A stretch of DNA of 64,000 nucleotides, taken from contig OX597815.1 of assembly GCA_951406725.2 (NCBI GenBank), forward strand, positions 82,584,001 through 82,648,000, written 5' to 3'. Of this stretch, positions 53,130 through 64,000 are shown piece by piece (the first letter of the stretch is position 1; each line of letters opens with the position of its first letter). The notes beneath the pieces were generated by a model. That model did not search any database and was not told the DNA's origin. It was given only the letters and a program-made list of their open reading frames with translations. The translations under genes were made by a program, and so were the position numbers. This DNA comes from Octopus vulgaris (Eukaryota).

Positions 53130-54060
53130 TAGTCTATTCTGCCCTGTATTCTTCAAACTTTTCATTAATATCATTAAAGTATGTGTGCAGACATTCGAGT
53201 AATCTTTTGACTGTATTGATTCTTTCAATGCGATATGGAATATTATTTAAGATTGGAAGATACTGAGGAATTTGTCTGAAATTTAAGTCATAAATCAAGT
53301 GAATAAATTATGTTATATCAGCCAGTTATAATGTCGGTTGCTATTCTTTAAACTATCTGAATTTCACATCAAAGGATCCCAGGTAGTTTTCAAAAGTCTA
53401 CAAAACTCATTATGATAATATAAAATGGTTCGCATTAACGTTGAGTACAAACTCCAGGTAGTTTGCGTAAATTTTAGAATGTATTCTTGCAATAATTCGT
53501 CTAAAACTCTATGTGTATTCAAGCATGAGTTTTGCAGGTTAAAATAAATGTTCCAGCCTGTGAGTATGCACATTGGTAAAAACATAATTGATACCTTTAA
53601 AGAAAACTATTTGTTTTGAACATTATTGAAAGAGATCCCTCTATCGATTTTATATTACATGTCAGTGCTACAAACTTTTCGTCACAGATGTATTGGCTTA
53701 ACTTGTTGACTATGGATCTACTACACCAATAGCTTTTCTCTCTTCATGTTTATCAGATCCTATGAAGGCTTCTTTAATTTATATATTAAAACCGGAGCCA
53801 TGACCTGTAGCTGAAATATCAAACATTTCATTCACATCTATTTCAATGAATTAGCATTGCGAGATTTCTTTTTAAGTATTGTTTACTGTATTAAGTATTC
53901 CTACTGCCTCAATGAAGTCATTTTGTATCTTGTTAGAGATAATGAAGGAAAATATAACGTTTTACTGCATCTGCTGTGTCAATTATTCATCAAATTTTGT
54001 CTTGCAATTTAGAAACTCAGAATTATATTTGCAATATTAATTTTTCTTATCTTTTCTTGT
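53130..54060 (-). pseudogene. Possible highly decayed hAT transposase
   Basis: Minus-strand fragments resemble C..H.LNL..Q and TRWS (QTTWSLYSTLMRTI) motifs. The match is weak. Confidence 0.35.
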
Positions 54061-54654
54061 TAAACATGCTTTGAGTAAATCCAAAGGTTTTCATTGATAT
54101 CTGACTTGTGAAAATTGTTTAAATCACGCTATTAGGTTCTCCCTCCCCCCCAAAACACACACACAATAGCAGTTATGTGAGACAAAATTTATTTTTCTTC
54201 TGCTGGCAACACAACTGAATCACTTTTATTCTTGCAGCTTCACATTAGAGAACCAATCTCAGTTCCAGTGTTGATTTACCGCTTTCTCCTTTTTTTCCTA
54301 GTTAAAGTCGTTTTTATTTATTAATTTTTTTAATTTAGAAAAATGTTTTACCGACTCACTGTCTACAACTGAAAATTCGTTCAATCACAAAATAAAAGTA
54401 TTCAACAATAAAGTTAAGGAAGTATACAATGCGGAAAATTCTTCTGTAGTCGATTACATCGATGGCAACTCATGATAAATATTTTAGTCTACCTACTTCG
54501 AAAGAATGAAACGTAAATATAATTCCGCCGGGGTTTGAAATCAGAATGCAAAGAACCGTAATAGAATTATATAAGGTATTGTATTTGGTGGTGCTTTAAC
54601 AATTCTGCCAATCCTAAACCTTGGTAAACTGCATAATACTTTTTTTTAATTTAA

Positions 54655-55235
54655 AGGGCGGTTAGCTGGCACATCGTTAGCATGTCGGTCGAAATGCTTA
54701 GCGGTATTTCGTCTGCGTTACGTTGTGAGTTCAAATTCCGCCGAGGTCGACTTTGCCTTTCATCCTCTCGGGGTCGATAAATTAAGTACCAGTTACACAC
54801 TGGGGTCGATGTAATCGACTTAATACCTATGTCTGTCCTTGTTTGTCCCCTCTATGTTTAGCCCCTTGTGGGTAATAAAGAAACAGGTATTTCGTCTGCC
54901 GTTACGTTCTGAGTTCAAATTCCGCCGAGGTGAACTTTGCCTTTCATCCTTTCGGGGTCGATAAATTAAGTACCAGTTATGAACTAGGGTCGATATAATC
55001 GACTTAAATCGTTTGTCTATCCTTGTTTGCCCTCTCTGTATTTATCCCCTTGTGGGTAGTAAAGAAATAGAAATAGGTATTTGGTCTGCCGTTACGTTCT
55101 GAGTTCAGATTCCGTCGAAATCGACTTTGCCTTACATCCTTTCGGGGTCGATTAAATAAGTACCAGTTACGCACTGAGATTTTTCTCTCCTTGTTTGTCC
55201 CCTCCATGTTTAACCCTCTGTGGGTTAAAAAAAAT
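54655..55235 (+). mobile_element. SINE family C with one head and three tandem body units (~190 bp each)
   Basis: GGTATTTCGTCTGCCGTTACGTTCTGAGTTCAAATTCCGCCGAGG...GGGTAATAAAGAAA recurs at about 54703, 54886 and 55076. Confidence 0.88.
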
Positions 55236-55853
55236 AAATACTTTCCAATTAAAACACAAGACCATACATTTTGAATGGAAGAGTTTAGCCGATACCATTA
55301 ACCTGAGGCCAGGAATGCGAGATAATTTTTACCGACCGCGTATGGATGAAAGGCAAAGTCGATCTAAGCTGGATTTGATCTCTGAATGTAAAGAGCTAGA
55401 AAAATATATTGCAAGACACTTTCTCCAGCGACTTAACGACTCTTCCAACCAAACAACCTGAGTTTTTTTTTTATCAATAGATATATTCTTTAGTTGATTG
55501 TTCATATACATACATGCATTTCATTATGTATATATGATACTTGTTAAATACGTGTATGCGTAAAATGTGTTAGTCGGTCTGCATTTAACTCTTTCTCATT
55601 TGTAGGCAAATCCCCTTCTCTTCCGCATGTCCTCTTTTTTTGCTTAAGAATGCAAGGCTGTGTATGAAGGGGTGCACAAGTGTATGTGTGTGATGAATAT
55701 GTATGTGAGAAATTCGTTTAAAATGTGTGTGAGTGTATAAAGCGGAATCTCAGTGACAAATTTTAAAAGTATATGGATGTATACTGTTGCGTGCAACTAT
55801 GCATACACATACACATAATACGTAAATAAACACACTCACACGCACATATACAC

Positions 55854-55854
<1 letters not shown>

Positions 55855-55897
<43 letters not shown>

Positions 55898-56190
55898 ATA
55901 TATATGTGTGTGTATATATATGTGTGTGTATATATGTGTGTGTGTATATATGTGTGTGTGTGTATATATGTGTGTGTATATATATATGTGTGTGTATATA
56001 TATATGTGTGTGTATATATATATGTGTGTGTGTATATATATGTGTGTGTGTATATATATGTGTGTGTGTATATATATGTGTGTGTATATATATGTGTGTG
56101 TGTGTGTATATATATGTGTGTGTGTGTATATATATATGTGTGTGTGTATATATATATGTGTGTGTGTATATATATATATGTGTGTATATG
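55855..56190. repeat. Higher-order (TA)m(TG)n minisatellite with ~18-24-bp units
   Basis: Directly visible alternating blocks. Confidence 0.9.
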
Positions 56191-56348
56191 CATACACACA
56201 TACAGGCATAGATACACTGATGCATATATATATGTGTATTTGTGTACATAGGAGTGTGTGTTTTCGTATGCGCGCCCATTTTTTAAAATACCATATGGGA
56301 GTATAGAGTTCCTGCAATTTGAGATGGTTCCTTGCTAACTAATGCAGC

Positions 56349-56379
<31 letters not shown>

Positions 56380-57559
56380 GTACTAATGGTAATAATGATG
56401 ATAATAACAACAGCAACAATAATACCGACGATGGTTAGCCTACTTTGTTTCTGTGATGATGTGATAATATCACTGCCGTTAGTGACGCTGGTGAAAGTGG
56501 TGGTACATAATGGAAGTGAGTTTGGCGATATGTAACATAGAACAGGTGGTGTGATCTCTATTTGTAGTCGTTATAAGATATGAAGTGTTGCTGGTGTTCA
56601 TCTCCTGCGGTGGTATCTGGCTGAATTCTATTCTTTGTTGCTCTTGTTTCCTCCCAGACTATAACTCTAATACAATAAATCTATTATATTCCAGTTTCTG
56701 AATACCAGTGTTTTTCATCCTTGATTCAAATTCCACTGTCAGCCGATTTAGTGTCCTTAAAGCGATAGAGTGGTTGGTTTTAGAAAAAAAAAACAACATG
56801 GTAGTTATATTTTGGTCGTTTTATATGTGATGGCATATTACGAATTAAAACTATCGCCTTTCATGAATTACACGCGCACACAGAAAAACGCGCGCATACA
56901 CAGACTCGCACACACACACACACACACATACAATTGTATATGTGTATTTATGTATTTAAACATATATTTATATATACATGTAAATATATGTGTGTGTATA
57001 CACCTATGCGTATGTATGTATGAATGCACACACATATATGTATTATATATATATATATATGCACACATATTTATGCCTATACATATTTACGTACAAATAC
57101 AAATGCAAGCATACGAGTATATACATAATGTATTTAAATATTATTAATGAAACAAATGGTTTGCAGTCGGCTCTTTGATCTCAGTTTATTGATAGATTGT
57201 TCATATTTAACGATATTGTTTATATTAAATTGTTCGCCATATAGGGAAGATGTTCTGCTCTAAACTACGAACGAAGGCGGAATGTCTTGCTCTGTTGCAC
57301 AACAATGATAAACACTGGCGTTGTGCCGCTTCGAACCTAATTAATTACGAAATGTATACAAACACGTTCTAGGGGTAAATGTAGATATGTATATATTCGT
57401 AGAATAGAGAAAATGTAATCCGAATGGCATTAGCATTTCGATGCGAATCAGAGAGTGGATTACATAAATATATGATGTTTACAAACGTATGATGTTAAAA
57501 TGTGTGCATACGTCAGTATTTATACATATGTTCTTTGGTTTTCGTTTTCAGATATAGCT

Positions 57560-57939
57560 TTTATTCAAAGCAGTATCTTCAGAGATCGTCGCCTTGAGTT
57601 TCATGTCGACACTTTCGTCAGGTACAGTTTCCGCGACCCAGTAGTGATAATCGCAAGGCAGAACACAAACAATAATAGGCTGGATCATCAGCCAGTCCTA
57701 CATGCCAGCTAACTTTTTTCAACTACAACAACACATAGCTGTTCTTGACAGGGGACATAAAAATCGTTAAATTTTACCCGAACACCCTTTCTATGTGTGT
57801 GTATATGTGTAGGAGTGTGTGTATGTGTGTGTCTACGTAAATATATACATGTACACACATGCATACACACACAAGTGTATGTATGCATGAGTAAGTATTT
57901 GTGTGTGTATATATGTATGTATATATATATACATGTATG

Positions 57940-57977
<38 letters not shown>

Positions 57978-58240
57978 CATGTGCACATGAGCGCATTTCT
58001 AACATTAACAATGTTTGGCACCAAAACCATGCAATCAGATTTTTGCTCGTGCAACATATTTTTTTGCAGCTGGACACAAATATAATCCAACAGAGGATTA
58101 TACTTTTGTGTTTGCTATTGAACACAATGTCTCAGTTATTGTTTAACATAATGAATGCTAGCATAATTCTGTCGTGTTTTTCAGCTAGATACACCAGGTG
58201 TTTCCTTAAACCATTGATATATGAAGTTCCAACTATTGAT
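57560..58240 (-). pseudogene. Possible decayed piggyBac-like transposase fragment
   Basis: KFNDFYVPCQEQLC resembles the Y.P...L.IDEQ region. 57660-57788 is homologous to 60977-61149. Confidence 0.35.
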
Positions 58241-58742
58241 TAAAATATGGCGGCGTTTTAAATTCGTCCCTCTTTCAGACTGACTATCTACTTGGACAAT
58301 GAAGTGATATTTCGCATAACTACATATCTGAAGGATTAGTCTTGTTCCGTGTAACTGTTTTTATACTTTTTGATTAGATAACAAATAATTCTTGTTGCTG
58401 TCTGTCAAATATATTTTGACTCAATATCCCAGTGCCTTTGCTAGACTCCTGAGTTAAACAGGAACGGATATTGAATTGATGCCACTGAATGTAGTGGGAT
58501 GAACTGATTAAGTGGGTTGGGTCAGCAAGTTGAATCAAAACATAGAAGGAAAGAACAAAATCGCCAAAGTTTTGGCAGTTTTGCCCGGTTAACTAAGATC
58601 TGGAATGCCTAAAGTCCGTTTCATTAGGTAAAGGGATTGAATGCATCGATGGAAAATAGCTCCATTTTACGACCAGACGTAAAGAACATAACTGATACCT
58701 AGGTTTACGTTACATGCGTATGTCTGTTAAATTTTTCAACAG

Positions 58743-58913
58743 AGGCAGGAGTGACTGTGTGGTAAGTAAGCTTGCTTACCAACCACATGGTTCCGGGTTC
58801 AGTCCCACTGCGTGGCATCTTGGGCAAGTGTCTTCTACTATAGCCTCGGGCCGACCAATGCCTTGTGAGTGGATTTGGTAGACGGAAACTGAAAGAAGCC
58901 CGTCATAAATATG

Positions 58914-58954
<41 letters not shown>

Positions 58955-59160
58955 TTGTGTGTCTGTGTTTGTCCCCCTAGCATTGCTTGACAATCGATGC
59001 TGGTGTGTTTACGTGCCTGTTACTTAGCGGTTCGGCAAAAGAGACCAATAGAATAAGTACTGGGCTTACAAAGAATAAGTCCCGGGGTCGATTTGCTCGA
59101 CTAAAGGTGGTGCTCCAGCATGGCCGAAGTCAAATGACTGAAACAAGTAAAAGAGTAAGA
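58743..59160 (+). mobile_element. Full-length tRNA-derived SINE family A with an internal microsatellite
   Basis: A-box-like TGTGTGGTAAG, B-box GGTTCAGTCCC, CORE-like CTTGGGCAAGT, a central (TA)(TG) tract, and the tail GCATGGCC..GTCAAATGACTGAAACAAGTAAAAGA. At least six partial copies occur in the window. Confidence 0.9.
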
Positions 59161-59341
59161 GTGACGGTAGTACTCAAGTAAAAAACATGAGAATGTTCTC
59201 CAATAATTTTTAAAACATTTCGTACACCGGAAAACACTTGCCATAAAATTGATTCAATGTTTTTAGCCCTACTGTAAATTTGATTTTATAATAAAAATTA
59301 ACTCATGGTTCTTTATTGTTTTATGGTATCTTGCTGTTTTA

Positions 59342-60576
59342 CGAGGGGCGTTCAATAAGCAATGCCCCTGACCCACTTCCCATAGCAGTAGAGCAACGGA
59401 AGTTGGCACAGTTATTAGTCTTTTTCTACCGTTTTTGTAGAAGAATCCAGCTTGGTCCTCCAACCACGACGTGACTTCAGAAATCAAGGCTGCATCATCT
59501 GAGAAACGCTTTCCTTTCAAAAACAACTTCATGGCTTGGGAGAGGTGAAAATCAGAGGGTGCTAAGTCAGGAGAGTAGGGCGGATGGGGGAGGAGTTCAT
59601 AGCCGCACGCCTGTGCTTCTGATCTGGCAACAAGCGAGTTGTGGACCGGAGCGTTTTTCTGCATAGGAGGATGCCTTTGCTGATCTTGCCCCACCTCTTG
59701 ATTTTGATAGCTTCTCTTAATTTCCTGAAAAGTGAAGCATAATAGGCTCCTGTAATTGTGGTACCCTTTGCCAGGAAATCTGTCATCACTACTCCGTCCT
59801 GGTCCCAGAAGACTGTGAGCATGACCTTGCCAGCGGAGGGATGCACCCTTGCCTTCTTTAGAGGAGGTGAGTCACGGTGCATCCACTGCATTGACTGGTC
59901 TTTGGTCTCCGGATCATAGTGTTGGACGCAGGTTTCATCCTGTGTAATCAGTCTTTTGAAAGATTTTGACTCATCTTCTTGACACGTCTCCAAATTCATC
60001 CTCGAGCACTCGACGCGTTCTTGCTTCTGGAAAGGTGTGAGCAGCCTGGGAATCCATCTGGCAGACACCTTTTGCATATGCAAATGGTCATGAATGATAG
60101 TTTCCACAGACCCGGTACTAATGTTGACCTCATGGGCTATTTGGCGAATAGTTATGCGTCGATCTTCCAAAATGACAGCCTCAACTTGACGGACAGATGC
60201 CTCATCAATGGCAGAAGGGGGCGACCAGATCTGGGAGCTGTTTCCACAGAGTTCCGACCATGTTTGAATTCATGATGCCAGCGTTTTACAAGGTCATATG
60301 TTGGGGCATCATCACCATAAGTTACATTAATTTCATCAAAAGTCTCCCGTGGTGTGCGTCCTTTCAAATACTAAAACCGAATCACTGCTCGACACTCAAC
60401 AGGCTCCATTTCACACTTGACTCAGTTCAAACACCTGTAAATCAGAAACCACAATTAGTTCAGAGCTGTATTTTATCACTTAATCTATAGAGAAATAAAT
60501 AATTGCACATGCAAAATTTCAGCTAGATCAAACAACTGCAAGTGGGTCAGGGACATTACTTATTGAACTTCCCTCG
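59342..60576 (-). mobile_element. Near full-length mariner element with TIRs and TA TSD
   Basis: TA|CGAGGGGCGTTCAATAAGCAATGCCCCTGACCCACTT ... AAGTGGGTCAGGGACATTACTTATTGAACTTCCCTCG|TA. Confidence 0.95.
59420..60409 (-). pseudogene. Disrupted mariner DD34D transposase
   Basis: MEPVECRAVIRF, VSARWIPRLL, ITQDET, GKVMLTVFWD, NAPVH and HPPYSPDLAPSDFHL, with frameshifts and a C-terminal deletion. Confidence 0.93.
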
Positions 60577-60697
60577 TATACGCTATGGTAATGTAAGGAA
60601 AAGTAGCGAGTGTGCCGGGCGAGTGGGTGAGGTGAATAGAGACACTTTAAGCATAATAGAGATGCATTATATAACTACATAGAAAGGAAAATGGAGT

Positions 60698-60740
<43 letters not shown>

Positions 60741-60976
60741 GTGTATGTGTGTGCGTATTGAGTGAAGAATGGAATTGTTGGTATTATATTTACTTCATTG
60801 TTTATAATTGTTTTAACAACGTGTAAGTAAAAAATCGAATATTCAGTGATGACTAAATAACTGTCATGGTCCTGATGTAATATGCATTATATAATGGGTA
60901 CGACAATATCATTGTTCCCATTCATGTCTTGTCCATGATATTGTTCACATTCATGTCTGGATCGTCGTCTTCTGTA

Positions 60977-61300
60977 GATGCAGACAATAACAGGATTGCT
61001 CATCATTCAGTCCTACATGTCAGCTTACTTTTTCTCAACTACAACGTCAATCTTTATGCTCTACAATGCCACTGACTGTTCATCAATACATGTAGCAGTT
61101 TTTGACAAAGGGGGACATAAAGATCGTTAAATTTATCTCGAACACCCTGTAACTCAGGTACATTGCAAGTCAAACAGACTGAGAAATAGTAAGGGAAGTA
61201 ACTCAACTTCGAACTCCGGAAAGCATATGAAGATTATTACGTGAAGAACTCATTGTTTTCTTGGAGAGAAGAACTGGTAAACGACAATACGAAAGAAACA
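60977..61300 (-). pseudogene. Decayed piggyBac-like transposase fragment
   Basis: The minus strand reads VRDKFNDLYVP, then after a frameshift CIDEQSVAL, matching the piggyBac first catalytic IDEQ motif. Confidence 0.45.
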
Positions 61301-61849
61301 GAAACAAGAGTTTAAGAAGAAAAGAATAAATTTTTATAAATCAAGACAAAATAAATGACAAGAAGAAAGTAAGGCGAGGCTTGGAATAAAAAGATTAAGA
61401 ATTACTGAAAGGTGACAGAAATAAAGCCTGTCATTTTGACGTGTACTAATCTAATAGCTACATTAACATAATGTTACTAATGGCGGTGATACTGACGAAG
61501 AAGCACATAGTAATACAAAGCTAAGTGATTCCCATGTAAAGTGTAGTAGTGTTGAAGGTGTATTCAGTTGGAGCTGATTTTTTTCATTTTTGTTTTAACC
61601 TAAGTGACGTAAATTATAATGATATTTTTTTGCTTGTGAGCAAGTAGAAATTTCTATCCAGGTACCACCACCGAAGCTGCCGAGAGCGAAGACTATCAGG
61701 AGGAGAGGAGTTCGAGAGTGATTGTGATTATGATAAAGAAAATTATAACAATTATATCAAAGTTATAAATTATTACGTTAATTTACTGGATAGATTATAC
61801 ATCCTCTTATAACAATACGTTTACACTATTTAATTTTTAGTGAACCCAG

Positions 61850-62450
61850 GGGTGCTTTTAAGTAAATTTGAAACCTTCAGATCTCGTAGTAATCATTAAT
61901 CACAAACACGAACAGTATTTTCTTCAAAAGAATGACAACAAACTTCAATTAAATTAACATCTTAACACAGTTAGTCAATGACATAGGACTATGGTAACTA
62001 TTTGAGACACAAGTACGAGAAATTTGCAAAGTGAAAATTGTTGAAAAGCTACACATCATAGTAGTAACTATGAAGTTACATAAAGTTACACATTATGGTA
62101 GTAACTATGAAAGTTTCAGGGAATATGACAACATTTAAAAGACAAGCAAACATTCTCTTTTAGCATTTATCTGAATAGAAATAAAAATATCTCTTGAGGT
62201 TCAGTATTAGTTTCACATTAAAAGGGAAACTAAGCATCTGCAGCTCACCCACATTACTTGTAAAGATTGCATGCGAGATGAGTCTCTCTAGCATTCTCAG
62301 ATGACATAGTAATGTTCCAGGGGTTGCTAAATGAATTTGGGGAATGTGGAATAAGATGATTTTCTCAGAAAAATTATATGTTAATAAACACCCCTTACGT
62401 AGTGTAAGTGAAATTTCGATCGATGAACAAATAGAATTATGATCCTATCA
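61850..62450 (+). pseudogene. Possible third piggyBac-like fragment
   Basis: KIACEMSL (similar to IA..MSR.RF) followed by SEISIDEQI. Confidence 0.35.
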
Positions 62451-62551
62451 ACTTAATAAATTTCTATCGGCAATATTTCATTTCGGTTGATGTTAACTCG
62501 CTAATGTTTTTAGATTCAATCCAATGATAACAGTAAACATTGAGGTATCAG

Positions 62552-62593
<42 letters not shown>

Positions 62594-62704
62594 TTGGGTA
62601 TTTATAAATACTCGCATTCTCTCACACACATATACAGACACATTTATAAGTATATGTACTATATGTATGTATTCGTTTTATCATCTAATATCTATTTATC
62701 AGTT

Positions 62705-62759
<55 letters not shown>

Positions 62760-62919
62760 ACGTGGGTGTGTATGTATATATACATGAAAGCAGCAGAAAT
62801 ATGTAATTACATATGAGACAGCAAGTACAACACCCGACAATAATGAGAAATTGAGCAGCTGCGTACAAACAACTGACTGAGATATACTATATGCTTTGGG
62901 ATTCAAGGTACACATCTAG

Positions 62920-62956
<37 letters not shown>

Positions 62957-64000
62957 CAGACAGATAGGCAGACAGAGACAGACAGTAGTCGTAGAAGCTC
63001 TATAACTGAATGAAAAGAAGAAAACTTCTGATCATTGATCTGCTCCCTCATACCTGACCGGGGGCAAAAAACTCAACATTCCTCTTCTTCTCATCCTTCC
63101 TCTCCATCTCCTCGCCTTCACTATCATCATCAGAATCAACAACAATAGCAACAAACATAAAGACAGTTACAGTATATACACAATATAGAATAACTATCAA
63201 CTCGCCCCCGCCTAAACAAAATACATACAAAAAAAAACAACAAAAAAAAACAAATGAAACAAATATAAGATGACTTGGTACTCTGGTCCAAAATTGCTGT
63301 CGTTATACCACTGGCTCAAGTCTTCTAAAGGTCTTTATCTCTTTAAGGAACATTGTCTCTTAAGCCATAATTACCGGTAGATCTTTAATGAAAAGACTAA
63401 CAAACCATCGTATTGAAAAATGGCAATTTTGTCAGTAATTTGCCATCTAAATTTAGAAGGCATATGAAAGACAATCATTTGCAAAAAAGCAAATAGATGC
63501 TGATACAAGTGTGTATTTCAAAGATAAGTGAATTTGTGTGTATATATGCATTTTTTTAGAAACTGCCCTCTAGAATCTAAAAGAATCTCTAGAAACTCAA
63601 AGGCTAAGTATATCGTGTATACATATTTTGTAACAAACAGCAACAATACAAAAGCTTTCGTCTCTATAACTACATGTTCATTTAAATCATTTTTTCAATC
63701 ACAAACGGTTTGCTGTTTAAGCAATGTTCCAAAATGATACTTTCAAGTAAGACTTTTTATACAATTAATAAATGTTTTTCTTTTAAAAACAATGAATATG
63801 TACGTAGGTGTTCATTTTATTCGTGCCTGCGCATATGTACACTCATAGACACACATATACAAACATTTATGCCTATACACGTGTTCCTATATACATATAC
63901 TCACAATAGATACGCATACATACATGTTAAAATATATATCAATGAAACGTAATAATTATACATTTCGAAAACCAAGTTTTATTTTTCCCGAACCAGAATG

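Noticed and set aside
61662-61721. Candidate terminal exon (TCCAG| VPPPKLPRAKTIRRRGVRE*)
   Set aside because: Too short, with no partner exons or homology, and it lies among decayed transposon sequence.

Overview
This is AT-rich eukaryotic DNA, dense in microsatellites and repeats, with no host protein-coding gene that I can support from the sequence. The SINE families and the (TA)n/(TATG)n/(TCTA)n density suggest an octopus or other coleoid cephalopod intergenic or intronic region; that assignment is inference from recalled repeat families. Nearly all long ORFs in the track are microsatellite artefacts. The real coding remnants are all transposon-derived: one apparently young, 5'-truncated Penelope-like element (RT thumb, Zn linker, GIY-YIG) and a second decayed one, R4/Dong-type RLE LINE fragments, a decayed RTE-like LINE, a full-length Tc1, three mariner derivatives, and probable piggyBac, hAT and Helitron remnants. 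The most interesting signal is a set of short inserts in (TA)n tracts carrying minimal type I hammerhead-ribozyme motifs of the Penelope pLTR kind. One is a near-perfect palindrome with 81-bp arms that encodes a hammerhead on each strand. A rearranged sister copy has junctions that suggest twin priming on the self-complementary TA target.
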